A stretch of 64,000 bases of DNA from assembly GCA_964016885.1 (NCBI GenBank), contig OZ024743.1, positions 159,960,001-160,024,000 on the forward strand, in the 5' to 3' direction. The DNA is from Eledone cirrhosa (Eukaryota). Position numbers and translations under genes: made by a program. The notes under the pieces are model-generated. The model worked only from the letters and a program-made list of their open reading frames with translations. It searched no databases and was not told where the DNA came from. Shown piece after piece: positions 40,945 to 55,099 of the stretch. Numbering within the stretch: position 1 is the first letter of the stretch; every line of letters starts with the position of its first letter.

Positions 40945-41244
40945 AAAGGGATATTTAATTTGTTGGTAATTTAAGAAATATATTTAAAACTGTTTCGAAG
41001 CACTCGACAGTTTTTTTAGTATAATATCGATGATATTAATAAATGGATACTATATTTATAATACCATATTTATTCTATTATATATATTTCAAGGGTACCC
41101 AAACGTTGGTACGCTCTCATCAGATAAAATACAAAGTTTGTATTTTACCTGATGAAAGCGTACCGAACTGTTGGTTCTCTCTTGAAATATATATAATAGA
41201 TTAAATATGGTTTTATAAATATAGTTTCCATTTATTAATATCAT

Positions 41245-41248
<4 letters not shown>
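40945..41248. mobile_element. Family A fold-back with hammerheads at 41072-41130 (-) and 41142-41201 (+)
   Basis: Two CTGATGA..GAAATATATATA motifs back to back; arms visibly diverged; (TA)n flanks. Confidence 0.75.
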
Positions 41249-41297
<49 letters not shown>

Positions 41298-42119
41298 CGT
41301 GTGCGTGTGTGTGTGTATGTGTGCGTGTGTGTGTGTGTGTGTGCGTTTAGGTTGGGGCGTTAGGTTTGTGAGTGTGTGAGTATGTATCTGTGCGCAACCA
41401 CGCATGTGTGCGTGCGTGCAAATGTGCGAGGTGAGGAAACTATAGAGTACATACATAACTTTGAAAGAAATGCTTGCAGCAATATAGCAATGCAATATAA
41501 AGTGTTATTTTAGCATATATAGTCCTATGTAGAAAGCAGTATCCATTAAACTCTCTTTCTTCTAATCGATTTCTCCCGTTCTCGGTTATAAATAATTTAT
41601 CCTATGTCCTAAAAGCTATCCAGACTATGCGTACTGGTATCCACGGGTTCGAAAATAAATATTTTTATACAAAAATACATTGCGTGAGCTGCAGCTGTTT
41701 ATTTTTCTATATAATTTTTGTTGCTATAAATTCTATACCAACGATTCTTCGTATTTCGCATTTGGTGATTCTATTGATTTTTGCTCTGTAGTAGGAATTT
41801 ATTTGATTTTTGTTTACTTTTAATATTAATGTTTCTTTTTAAAGTTTTTCTGTATTTGTCTTTTTTTTTATAGTTTTATTTATATTTTTTATATTTATCC
41901 TGTTTCTTTTTTTGAACTTTCCTATGATTGTATGTATTTTAGAGTGATTGATCTTTAAACATAACAAACGAAATATTTTATAATTATTTGAAGGCATTTC
42001 GTATTACCTCTTCATCAATACATCAATATTATGGATAATATTGATATAAATCATTCATTCACAATTTTATAAATAACCTTACAAATGCGAAACACACTAT
42101 TAAAGGGTTAATCTGCCGG

Positions 42120-44060
42120 GGAGTTTTCCATCACCACGGTCGAGTCCGACTGGATCCTACTGTCACGGGGAACCGGCAGTGTCAAGGCTTCTGATGTTGT
42201 TCAAAGCGGCCTGACGGTGGTACCGCTTGCACAAAAGTGGTAAGATAACAGGTGCAGACCTGAAATAGTCAACAATTGCTTCCCAATCACATCTGTATGG
42301 TTCACACATGTGTCGACCCAGGCGCTATACAACACAGATGCGTGTACACTCATCATCAAGAAGGGTACTGGTTGATGAGGCAGACACCAAATTGAGCCAA
42401 ACGCAACTGTTTAGATGCGAGGCGGAGCGTAAGACGGCGAGACGATGCTGGTTAAAGGAAGACTTGATCCGCTTAAAATTGACCTGTATTCGACGTCGTC
42501 CCATTTATGTTGCCTTCGTTGGTCGAATTAGCCAGAGCAAACTTTAGCTGCCGGATAACGTAAGGTTCTCAAGTCTGGCGAAATTTCTTTGTGATGTAGG
42601 TAGAGATTGGAGAGCGATAGGCTGGTAGTGCCACGTCAAGAGTGGATTGGAGGCCGAGGTGGCCGAATATCATTGGAAATTTCGCGTATTGCTAGTCGGC
42701 GCTGTCAAAGCAACCATTACAGATGAATTCAGCAGGTCGTCCGATGATAGCATCGAATTCGAGGAGTAGATCTGCTTGAGGGTGGCAGGCGCGTCACGTA
42801 GTTTGAAGAGGTATTTGTGGAGAGAGAGACGGTTCCTCAGGAAGAATAACGCTAGGAACACGACGATCAGGTCTGCATGCATGGTCTCCAGGCACTCACG
42901 CAAAGCCGTTGGGAGGATTGGAGAGCATGCAACGAGGGAGCACGCCTTATGCGCTTGAAGGCGTTTGGCATGCCCAACTTCACTAGATGTTCTATATTAT
43001 GTCTGGCCTCATAACAGCTGCATCAAATGCACAATGAACTCCCTTTCCGATTTGGACAGGGTGATTACTTCACGGGTCATCAATGACTGCCCTGCAGGCT
43101 GTCCTGGCCATAAGTCACCAAATGATATCAAGTCAAGTTGATTGAGAAGAGATCGGGAGCATAGCGAAGGAGCTCGTCACGAAGAAACCTATTATTGAGA
43201 GCGGTAAGAGATCGGATGAGCCCTATCCTCGGCCCCAAGATGTGTAGCGTGATAAGGTGGCCGAGTGTCAGGCCATCCACTCAGCCATTGCTGCTCCCCG
43301 GGAATGATCTCATGACTGCTGTTATATTTTTGGCGGACGCGGACAAAGCAGCCGTACTGATCTGGCAGTCCTTGATATTGGTCGTTTGTCCATATTCTTG
43401 AAAGGGAGGGAGCTAGAATCTCAGGTGAGGGTTGGAATGCCGTGTTGCTCGAGACCAACACAAGCAACGCAGCTGAAACGTCGTCCTCGATTAATTTTCA
43501 ATTGACTCAGTCATGGAGCCGTTTCACACATTTGGAAAAAGATTGTGTGAGAAAAAAATCTGATGGATGTAGAGTGGTCGTAAGGAAGCGACGTTGCCTC
43601 TGACACACAAATTCAAGGAAGGGACCAAAGACTCCCTCATCATCAAGACCACTCGTATAAGTGAGGCAAAACTGAAGAGTTTGGTACAGGATTCCGCGCT
43701 ATTGTTATCGAGTGCATGGACAATGAACGACGCTAGCGGTTCAGCCACAAAAGCTCTGGCAAACCTGGGGTTCCTGATGATGTCTCTGCATGACTGTCAG
43801 AGGTGGATGTTCCACTATCAAGACCTCGTCTGGTTTAGGCATCGCTAGAACCTCATCCTGTCCTGACCATCTGCCCAACCGTACCTCCGGATCTACCTGT
43901 GGTGTCGTGGAGGTAATGTATCTTGTGCAGTGCCACAGGTGCAGGGATGGCGACGCGCGTCGGACAAATTTGACGCAAGCAAGGTGGACAAAATTGTTAG
44001 AGTTGGAACAGTTTTTTTCCTTTCATCCACCAGCTGTGCGTCGCATATGAGTGACACTGC
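42120..44060 (-). pseudogene. Highly decayed L1/Tx1-like ORF2 remnant
   Basis: GC-rich island. Minus-strand fragments in the correct order: PLTV..FARAF, DH.YIHQIF, DDVS, ILG, LGMP. Confidence 0.5.
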
Positions 44061-45399
44061 TTGAGTTCCTGTAGGGTGGAGTGGGGTGGCTGCGCAGGAG
44101 ACCCTGATATGTCTAGAGATGAGGTGACTTATGTGGCTGGATGGGATTAGTACAGCCATGACTAGGTTTAGGGAGCAAGTGTGAATGAAGGGCGAGCTGA
44201 TACATCCCAAATATAGACACAATGAGAATGAGGGGAGGAGATAAATGGTGAAGACAAAAGAAAAGATGGGGGAGAAATGTATCAAATGGACATGAAAAGG
44301 TGAAGCTGGCTAACTGTATACAAATATATAGTAACAGTATGCAACGATGCGTCCAGTATTGAAGTATGTTTCGTTCAGTAGCTTCTCAGCAGCTGTACGT
44401 CAGGTGTTCAAATAAATAGCGTTACAATCAACGGTTGAAATAATGTTTCGCTCAAAATCTTAAATCACTTTCAAATAAAGTTGTCTTTTTAAATTCTTCT
44501 CCATAACAATACATTAGAGTTTTTATATTTATAGGGAAAAATGCTTTTTCTTTGAATCACCTAATGTTGATTGCGTCATGAATTCATTTTACATAAACTT
44601 TACAGTGGCGAAAATAGGAGGTATGGTTATGTATATTGCTTCCGCTCTCTGATGGCAACAAGCAGTTGCCTCCCCTTAACAACTCTTCAGAGAGTGGAGC
44701 CAATATACATCCGGTCACAGACGCAGGTTCACTCACTCTCTTTGGACCGCGGACATGAACAGACGTGGAAGGATTCGCTCCTCAAAATATTGACGTTGTA
44801 GGAATTTTATTAAATTATCGCATTTAATAAAATGATCGTTAGATTTGATTGTTCATTTATTTATTCAACAAAGAGAAACATTACTTTCCTTTAGTTATAT
44901 TTAAGGGTTTCACAGTTTTGTCCTTTTTGAATGCTATGCCAAAGAAAAAGGCAAAACATTTACTTCAACAGTTCTTGGTTGTAGCCAGGCCGCATTTCCT
45001 GTCCGTTTTTTTTCTTGTGTCGTTTATAAGATCTTAAATGAAAAAGAAATGAACCTTCAACTGAAAGTAAGTATGTAGAAATAATTTTACATTGGTGATT
45101 TGTTTTCATTGTTCATGCAATAAGACGTATTTGGTATCACGTTGATAAGGTGAGCTTTTCAATATTCCTTTTGATAATCCAAGAAGATAATGAGTTAATA
45201 ATACAAGGTTCATAGGTGCATTGCTACTTTTGTTTGCGAGTATTAAAGCAGTAATCTTAGACTCGAATCCACTCAAAACAAGTGCTCTTCCTTTTTCTCT
45301 ACCATCACGTTGAACACTGGGAGACAATTTCAGTTTCCAGAAAAAACACTAGCCAGAATATCCAGGAGGCGCAGGGAAACATAAACGTCTCTACCAGAA

Positions 45400-46740
45400 C
45401 TGAAAAGCACATCCGTACTTGAATCGAGAAATCATGTAAGGAATATCAAGAATGGGAAAAAAGAACAAAGTTAAACCTGACTGACAGACTGACAAAGCAA
45501 TTGCAAAGTATATTTGGAAAGGTGATCCGAAGAATTTTTTGACATTGCAAGTCCCATCTGAAGTCGAATCTTTCCTTGTGACACAGCGGGAAGATCGGAT
45601 GTCTACATTCTTGGATGGTGTTGATGTGGAACATGTGAAAACCACCCAGAAGAAGGAAAAGAACATTCATGATATGAAAGTAAGAAAGAGAAAGCAGGAT
45701 GAAGAAGTCAAACGTATGTCCCAGAAAATGTTTCTTGAAAGTTCATCATCCAGTTAAGCTAATAATGATGATGAGGGTAAATTCTTCTAGTCACGATCTC
45801 CCCGCAAACCATAGCGAATAAACCACTTTTTCGACGCCACTCTAGTTGAATGGGAAAGACTATCAATATAACAAACAAGTATTTTTTACATCTGAATTGC
45901 GGAGAGTCTTGGTTATAATGTGTCAAAACTTTCTATTTCCTCTCAACCAATTACCGAGAAAGAACCGGTCACTGTCAGATGATGAATCGAGTTATCTGCT
46001 TTCCCACCTGAAAACAAATCCTACCTAGTCCTCCAATGGGATGGTGAATTATTACCATCGGGGCTTCCAAATCCAGCACACTCAAAGGCTGGATTGCAGT
46101 TTTAATTGCTGGAAAAAGATAGTAGGAGCTCTTAAGTATTTAGATTGTAAGATATGAAACCGGACGAAAAAGTCGTTGAAGTCGTTTTGAAGAAACCTTA
46201 ACGACTCCAAATTGAGAATAGAATCATTGGCACGTCCTTCGACACCACCATCAGGGACACTAGCATACACCAAGGAGCCAATATGAAAATTGAAGCTGCT
46301 CTGAAAATCCCTTTTTGTGACTAGCTTGCAGCCATCAGATTCGTTAACTAACTTTGACAAAGGTCTTCGAAATATGTTTCCCACCAGCTCCTCCCTGTAT
46401 CTCATTGTTCAAAAAGTTCCAGAAATATTGAGACGTTATCAGTAAGTCTTATCAAATAATCTTGGCCGATGATGAGTCCATGTGAGATTTTTACAAGCAA
46501 AAGAGGTAGTACTTTCTAGAGATCGTCGCTGAGAAGGCTTTGCTGAGTTCACAAATTTCACATGTATTTACCTTGGCGTTTGGCCATCTCTCCAGTTTTC
46601 CTTCTCAGTTCCAGGAGCTTAAAACAAGGCTTGTTGGATGGCTAAATCCATATATGTGATAAATATAGTTTTGTTCAAAGAACAACTTGAGCTTACGCCA
46701 CGTGAGACAAGAGATCTACAAAAGGTCGTTTCCGGTTATA
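45400..46740 (+). pseudogene. Decayed hAT-superfamily (hATm-like) transposase
   Basis: FFDIA (~45540), LQWDGELL (46031), SFDTT....HQGA (46235), LACSHQI (46321), PGA..ACWMAKSIY (46611). Subfamily assignment is from memory of the motifs. Confidence 0.65.
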
Positions 46741-47094
46741 AGTTTCATTTATAAAGTGTTCCTTTCTTTATCCCCAATATTATTGTGTATTTAGAACATA
46801 CTTTTCCGGCTTATTTTCATTTCATTTCGTTCTTTCCTGTGATTTCCTCATTGGATTCAGTAAAGTGAATAGAAATGACAATAAACTACAGGCCAGATCC
46901 CAAATCTTGTCATAAATAAAAAAGTTGTGAATGTGTGCAATAATATGAATAAATGTTGAAATAACATGTGTTCATATTATTTCATTAATTTGAAAGTAAA
47001 ATATATACCTTCCCTATGTAAGGCTTTTACCATTTCGGGCCGAATTTCATCTTCCCCAGCAGCATTGACATATTTGAGCTCTTTCACTGCTCTT

Positions 47095-47335
47095 GTTATC
47101 TAAGTCAATTCGGTATTGGTTCCAACCCTTGTCTATGGTCGGGGATCTTGTGTAATGACCGAAAGAATACGATCATGAATACAATCAGCCGAAATGGGGT
47201 TCTTGTGAGTAACGTTACTCGATAGAGGACATAGCTCGAAGACAGGAGAGTCACTTCATGTAGAGCCACAACTTCTCCGAATTGAGAGATTACAGCTCAG
47301 ATACTAGGGCATGTGGTTAGAATGTGTCATGGGAC
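47095..47335 (+). pseudogene. RTE-clade (Expander/Rex3-like) RT C-terminal fragment
   Basis: VPTLVYG...VMTERIRS.IQSAEMGFL..VTLLDR..ESLHVEPQLLRIERLQLR..GHVVRM. Confidence 0.7.
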
Positions 47336-47796
47336 AAAGTTACAAACAGGTTTACCCGTCAACATTTTCTAGCAACTTAATGTTGTGCTGTATTAGTGAT
47401 ATTTACGGTGCGAGACTTGATGTCGACTAAGACCAACTGAAATGGGTAATCTTGATGGGTTTCAACACGGGTTGTGTAAAGAACTTCCAGAAATGTTTGG
47501 CCCAGCAGAGTTACCGTATTGAATTGCCGGTTCAGAATAACTCTATAGGCATATTGTATTCATCAACTTGGTCTATGCGAGACGCTCACAGGATGACCAT
47601 ACAGTTCTGCTCGTACCCGTGGTGACCAATGGAGCTATGTAGAATAAAAATATTGTGGTGTGTAAGATGGATATGTTTTTCAGTCGAGCCTAATGTGGGG
47701 ATCTTTCTTTGAGGAGGATAAACAGCCAATTTGTGACCATATAGAGAGATATTAAACAGAAATGCTTGCCTTACTTAAAAACCATTATTATTATAG

Positions 47797-47990
47797 GGTG
47801 GTGGATTGGCAGCATCGGTAGAGGTTCGGACGCCATGCATTGCAGCACAGTTGCGCCTCTTTATGGTCTGAATCTAAATCCGGCCGAGGTTAACTTTGCC
47901 TTCCATCCTTACGGGGTCGATAAAATAAAGTACCAGTAATATATTGAATAATTACTAGCCCTGTGCCGAAAGTAGAAACAATTATTATAG
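47797..47990 (+). mobile_element. tRNA-derived SINE, second copy
   Basis: Homologous to 31142-31400 along its length. Confidence 0.8.
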
Positions 47991-48070
47991 TTGCGATGGA
48001 TTTTGCAAAATCGTTAGAGAATCTGACAAATGGCATTTTATTACTTATGTCTAGTTTATTACACCACGGG

Positions 48071-49280
48071 CTTATTCAATTCAATTCAATTCAATATATT
48101 TGGCAGAAAATAAAACATAGATGCCTCAGATGCCAGGGGAGAGGGGAAACATTTACACAGTCGGAAAGACAGTGGTCCAACACCGGTCCAATTTCGCCTT
48201 GAATTGTTGTGTGGTTGGTTGGTGCGTTGACTACTTCTTCTGGAAGCCGATTCTAGGGTCCAGAGATGCGGATCGAGAAAGCAGCGTTCCGTCTATTTAG
48301 GCGAAAGCGGCGGTGAAACAGCTTTTTGTCATGTCCACGTAGACCCCTTTCAAGTGCTGGAGTGAATAGGAGATCTTGAGGGAGATGGTAATGGCCATTG
48401 AAGAGATTGTAAACCAAAATGTAAGCCGTCGAAGCTCCAAGGAGAAGAGGTTCAGCTTCTGCAGCCGGCTTTCGTAGGGCAGCTCATGAAGACGCTGTAC
48501 CATTCGAGTCGCTAGGCGTTGAACTCTCTCCAAGTGATGGATATTACGGATGAGATATGGGTTTGATGCTTGGATGCCATATTCTAGGTGCCGTCTCACG
48601 AGGGCCACATAGAGAGGCCTGACAATTTCTGGAGTGAGTTTGGCAAAGGAACCTTCGAATAAGAAAAAGAGAGCTCCTTGCCTTGTTTGCGGCTTGAATG
48701 CAATGTTTTGATGGTTTGAAGGACGAGTCGACCAGCAGACCAAGATGTTTAGTCTCCTCAACCTCCTTCAAAGGAGCAGTGCCACCGTTGAAGGTAAGAG
48801 CTGAGTTATAAGGTGTACCCACTGCCATATAGCAACACTTATCGACATTGAGGTATAAATCCCAATCAATGGACCAACTCCAGGCGCGCTGGAGGCTGGA
48901 CTTGAGATTGTCGATCTCGCTCCTACAGGCTACCATTTTCACATCATCTGCAAATAGGAGCACGTTTCCACCAATCACGTCCAGCATGTCGTTGATGTAT
49001 AGAAGGAAGGGAATTGGGCCCAACACAGATCCCTGGGGAACGCCACTACCTACACCCACCCCCGATGACAGACTGCCATTGATCCGAACTCTGCAAGTAC
49101 GATCCTCAAGAGATGATCCAATCCACTTTATAATCGAGTCATGGAGACCGTAGTTGCTGTGCTTATACAGGAGCAGGCGGTGGTTGACAGAGTCAAAGGC
49201 TTTGGCGAAGTCGAGAAAGATAATATCGGCCGCATCTCCATCGTCCATTATCCTCATCACCCATTCTTCCATCACGAGTA
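48071..49280 (-). mobile_element. 5'-truncated CR1/L2-group LINE
   Basis: FLDFAKAFDSV, GVPQGSVLGP, LFADD, LVRRHLEYG, LERVQRLATR; 3' tail (TTGAA)n at ~48073-48093. Confidence 0.9.
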
Positions 49281-50109
49281 GGCTTAATCTCCCCGAATTT
49301 CAATTTGACTTTCATCGTTCTGAGATCTTTAAAATAGAGTAACAGTCAAACACATGGTTCGATATAATTGACTGTTCTTTCCCTTTAACTTTACCAATAA
49401 TCCGTAAATATGGTGGATTTTGAACAGTAGATTGACACAGCATCGAATGTCTTCTTATGTTGACATCTTACTCATATTTGTCACATAATTCCTCTTTTTT
49501 AATTAATCATAATCTGTATCTAGTAGGGATGAGTGTATATTTGATTAAATTGGCTTCCACATATCACTGGTATCAAACCGATTTAATGATGCAACGGCTA
49601 GAAATAAGAAATAAATATCTCCCGTATAGACAACGTGCATGCCAATTATTATCCATCCTTGGTTGCGATATGTATTCTTCTTTATTTTTCATGTATATAT
49701 CGAAACAACTGGAAAACGATTTCTTTTTATCTCTCAATAATCTTTAGCTTTATCGTGTACAATCATACATTTTCCTAATTGTTCTAATTTGTACGTACAC
49801 ATGGCTAGGAATTAGTAGTCATTTTAGCTTAACCATATAATCATAGACAATGTTATTAAACTTTAGTTTAATTACAATATTCCTACAGAAATGGCCGGTA
49901 AAGACAATCGACTTGAGAATCATTCGAAGCGTTTAGTCTGTATGTATGTACGTATTTACCTATACACATATATATTGAAAGTTTAACATTTTAAGATGAA
50001 AGCTTAACAATTTTAAGATTAAAAAAAGAAATACACACGCGCTCGCAAACAATCCTAACAACATCCACATATACATATTTATACATCCACGCAATATTTA
50101 TACACCCAT

Positions 50110-51475
50110 TATTGGATGGCCGTTGACTGTCAAGAGTTCTTCCACCTTTGGTCAGGTCTTGTTTTTCATCTCGCAGGGTGTCCAATGTCTCTCCTTACCA
50201 AACATCCCATATCAGGTTCTACTGGGTTACATGTTACCAGCTGTACTCTATGAAACGCGTCTTAGTGGGTAAGGCCATCTATCAGAAAGAAATGCTGGCT
50301 ATACGTTCTGGAAAGAGAAACCTAATCAGAAGAAAAAGGAATGGAGGAGTAGGCTTTTTCTCCGGAGAGATTTCACAAAATGACTGGAGCAACTAATAGT
50401 TCCTCTTTCAAGGGGAAGTTTCATGATTGGCATTTCAATGTATGCCCCTAGATAGTAGCCAGGAATCAACCACTGCTTTTTACGAAGATTTACGTGTGTG
50501 TATAACATTGATTCTATATTCGAACAGGATTTCTTCTTACATATTTTAATGCACGTTATGGAAAGCACGACCACATCTGGAGTCTTTTAGGATGCCATAG
50601 CATGGGCAAGATGAATGCTAATGGTCTTCTTTTTTCAATTATGCACTGAGTGTGAGCTGATCGTGGGCAATACCTTTTTTCAGTAAAAGTAAAACCACAA
50701 ATCAACATGGATACACCCGAGAACCTAACATGGGCACATCTTGTATTATCACCAGGAAGAGAGACCTCCAGGATAAGGATATATTCTCTGTAAGAGTATT
50801 GCGTGGTGCAGAACGTGGTACATACCACAACCTTGTACGAAGCAAGATGAAAGTACAGGTGAGAAGAAAATTAAGGGTAGCAAGGATATAAGTGCCAAAG
50901 CATGTTGAAGTGTCCAAACTACAAAATTTAGAAATGCAAGATGCTCTTTAAAATGTACTATGCATTGTTGTCGTTGGTGAAAATTAGGAACCGTTACAAC
51001 ACAGGTTTACAGTGCTGGGGCTGATGTACTTGGTCTAAAGGAATGAAAACACAGATACTGGTTTGATGATAATGATGCTACACTCACCATGCTCATTCAA
51101 GAGAAGAACAAGCTGTATCAGATGTGCTTTGTTGCAGAGGGTCAAATGATGACCACGTTCGAAAAGACCTTCAAAAAGCAGTCAAAACTGCAATGTAAAA
51201 CATTGAATATTAACTGGTGGTCTGAAGTTTCAGCAGAGAGCTTATAACTGCAGAAACCTGATGGCATTATACAGAAAATGTGGTAAGTTGTAGGCCCCCA
51301 GCCTTAAAAATGGCATTGAAGTGAAAAGATGAGAAAGTCCTCATCAAAGATCCAACAGGGATCATGAGTTGGTGGACTGAACACATTAAAGATCTGTTTG
51401 ACAACCCATCTGTAGTTAGTGAGGAAATTGTTTATGGAGTGCCGCAAAAGGAGACTATCACAGAGATGATTATTC
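50110..51475 (+). pseudogene. Decayed RTE LINE, AP-endonuclease region
   Basis: ETRLSG, GGVGF, SMYAP, GKMNANGL, TWIHPR, WFDDND, WTEH..L motifs in order. Confidence 0.8.
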
Positions 51476-51836
51476 CTTTATATATATAAATTTTCAGCGA
51501 TTTTGTTATCTTTATTGAAAATCTAGATTATAGGAGAAAATAAGTGAACTAACTTTCTTCGTTATAATCTTTCTCGGTTACCATTTTTCCTCTACCTCAA
51601 ATTTAGGTTGAATTTAAATAAATCAAATCTAAAATAAATTGATAAATTAGGCTATAATGCATACATCTTTTCTTTCTAAAATAGTTACACAAAGTATTTA
51701 TAGCCTCTTCTATTCCTTTATTAACTACTTAAATAAGATTGTTGAATTGATAAATTTGACATCGGTAATTATTTCCCTTCATTTGAACTAAATAATTTAC
51801 CTCATAGCATTATAACCTACTCACTTATATATATAT

Positions 51837-52005
51837 ATATAAAACGAAAAATCAGTGATGCATCAGAACTCAATTTATTGTGTGTTACAATTGAGTTCAG
51901 ATGCATCAATGATTTTTCGTTTTATATTATATCATATTCTGCTCTGTAAGAGCATAGAGTGCTCAACCGGCATACCGCCTATGGAAGCATCTTAGCTACC
52001 ATCAG
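51837..52005 (+). mobile_element. Family E short fold-back
   Basis: 3' part matches 59773-59890; has an inverted 5' arm; lies between (TA)n and (CA)n. Confidence 0.7.
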
Positions 52006-52081
<76 letters not shown>

Positions 52082-52314
52082 GTGTGTATTTATATATATA
52101 TAAAACCCATATCAATTATTAAATACTTTTCCACTCATATAATTTCAAAATCAAATTGTACATAAACAAAGATAATTTACCTACAAATTTTGTTATGCAA
52201 ATATTTCCCCCTTGTTATTATATTTTCATAATACTACTTTCGTTTCCTAGAATATTTTTCTTTTTTTTCCCTTTGATATAATATATATTTGATTTAATAC
52301 CTACTTTAATTAAA

Positions 52315-53802
52315 TACTATCAAAATGGCCAGGCGTTGCTCGGGCTTCTAAACATAGATTGCCATGTTTATCCCTCCTTTCTGAAACAGTACAGAGAATA
52401 CGGAATACCTCTGCCTGGGGATGGTGTCTACAGATTGTGCTTAGGCAAATAATTTTCCATAAATATTTATCAAAAGCATGTAATTGCGTCCCCTCTCTTT
52501 TTTGTTGTTGTTTTTGCTGCTGTTGGTGTGATGCGGCCGTTGGTGGTACTACTAACACAGTCTCGTCCTTCTTCAGCCAATCGTGTATATCCCCTTCTGC
52601 CTCATCTACCTAAACAATGATTGTAGCACCTCCTTGTACACAATGTTCCTTGTTCTTCCATGTGGGGCATATGCAAAGAGATTTGTCTTGCATCCCACTC
52701 TTGAGCAGCCAACGTATAGTTGCCCGTGACGAATTTATTCCTAGTTGGTAATTGGTAAAGAAAATAAAATGTTTTCCGCTTAACGTCAGCGTACGTGATT
52801 TTATCATAAGTGTGTGGATATTTTAGCGGAGGTTTTCTAAAAAGATCCACTATTTCTAGCTACTGGGGTTAGTAGAAATGTCTAAAGATATGTTATAAAA
52901 AATTACTAACTGTCACTTACCGATTGAAAAATAAGCCGATCGTCGGAATGGTTATCTCAACTGTAATTGGTAACCTGCGCTGGCTTTCCTCGCTTATGTA
53001 CCAACATAGATAGAAATTACCGCTTAACGCCAGCGTATGTGATTTTTAATATAGGTGTGGGGATATTTTTTGGCGGGGCTTTCTAAAAAGATCCACTATT
53101 TCTATCTATGAACGTAATGGGGCATATGCCTTGGTACTAACACCAATAATAATGTGTGCAACGGGGGTAAGTGATTATGTCTCAGGAAGTATTTAAAAAA
53201 AAATATTAAAGCAACTGGGGTAAGTGGGAATGTCTCAGGATTGATAGCCAAAAAATTAGTAAATGACATTTACTGATTGAAAAATAAGCCGACCGTCGGA
53301 AAGGTATTTTCAAGTGTAATTGTTAACCTGGGCTGGCTTGCCTCGCTTATATTATATATTAAAATAACAGATTAAAGATTAAGCAAAATTCGCTGCTTTT
53401 ACCCTTAACGGGATCTTCTGAAACTAAAGAAATCAATCTGTGAACGCAGAAGTAAATATTTTGAAAAACGTTGCAACAGAAGGAAAACAGGAAGACGATA
53501 CTCTGGTTCGTGAATGGAAAATAGCGAAGATAATACGTCATCAATGTTTGTCATAATGTCGTAATGCAGACAGCAAGACATACAGACAGATATTATAAGG
53601 GTGCGATAACCGGCGCCTAACACCCCTTTTAACAACAGAAAATTGAAAAATGAAAGCTGCAGTTCATATCTTTAGACTGCATGGAATATATAAATGCAAG
53701 TTTGAAGTCAATCGGAGTAGAAATGTGTATTTGTATAGAATTTGCAAAACTTAGGACACACACATGCACAGACAATTTCAATTTTATATATATGTATAGA
53801 TA
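52315..53802 (+). mobile_element. Helitron/Helentron-like non-autonomous element, interrupted by a family B copy (~53352-53560)
   Basis: Starts ACTATCAAAATGGCCAGGCGTTGCTCGGG and ends CAATTTTATATATATGTATAGAT; internal duplications (52775-52995 vs 53019-53350). Confidence 0.45.
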
Positions 53803-54726
53803 AGCAACATATAAACTGAATAATTTATGTTTTAATTTTTTGACCAATCTAATTACGTCATATTTTAAATAATTTCTAAAACGTTTAAACCAATTGTAAT
53901 TATTCTCCCTCTCACGTAACCTCCTATGTGTTGACTTTCTTCTAGTCATATGCTTGGCTGGTCACCGACCAGTCCAGCTCGTTTGATTACCAGCATATCA
54001 TGAAAAATCATACATGCGCTATGTATTCTCGGGCCGTTTGCTTGCAAACGAATCGAAGAACCTTTGATAAGATTGTAATTGGACCAATATACAATCCACA
54101 GTTGTAGCTATTAATAAACGTTTACTAAAATATAATCAATGTAATGGAAAGGAAAACCTTAATAGTAATACTCAAAACACATGTACATTTGAACATTACC
54201 GGAACAATTATCACATTACATCCACCATAAACTTCATAGAACTGCTTTTTATACCCACGTTTCTCTGTCTGCTTAATATGCTTTTATACCTGTATTGTAT
54301 TATGTGATACCTTTGCCATACTGTGATATATATGCTTAGCACCATTGCTTGTTACTTACCTGGTTATTCTCTACATGCCTAACACCTCTGCACTTTTTAT
54401 ATACGCTTGCATATGTACCGCTAATGTCCTCGATGTCCTAGTAACTTTCTTCTTTAATTCCTCTATAATTGTTGTATTATTCTTTTATAATCTTTGTCGC
54501 ATCCACTGATACTGACCACATAATCTTCACTCTTTAAATATGACACTGTTAATGACAACACTAACATCTACGTATTTTTACGATTGTTCTGTGGAATAGG
54601 AGGTTAATTATATGTCTAAATTTTGCTAGTGCTCCGAATAATCCAAACAAAAGTTTGGAAGAAACGATTGTCAACAATAAAATGTTTTGAACATAGTTTT
54701 GATTATTCTGTAATTTATATATTTAT

Positions 54727-54819
<93 letters not shown>

Positions 54820-55099
54820 TATGCATACTTACATTTATGTATCAGCTGTGCTAGAGCGAGAAATAAAATTCTAAATTCATATATAAATATACAAATACAG
54901 AATCAAAAAACCAAAACATCAAATATATTAAGAATATTTTGTGCTTCTCATGAAAAATATATATGCATATATATAGAGAGAAATAGCCATATATCATATG
55001 AGAAACACTGTATATTGTATATATACCAAATACATATACTATAGAGGAATATGTATACAGTTAGAATCATAAGAGAAACCTTATATGTCCCAAATATTT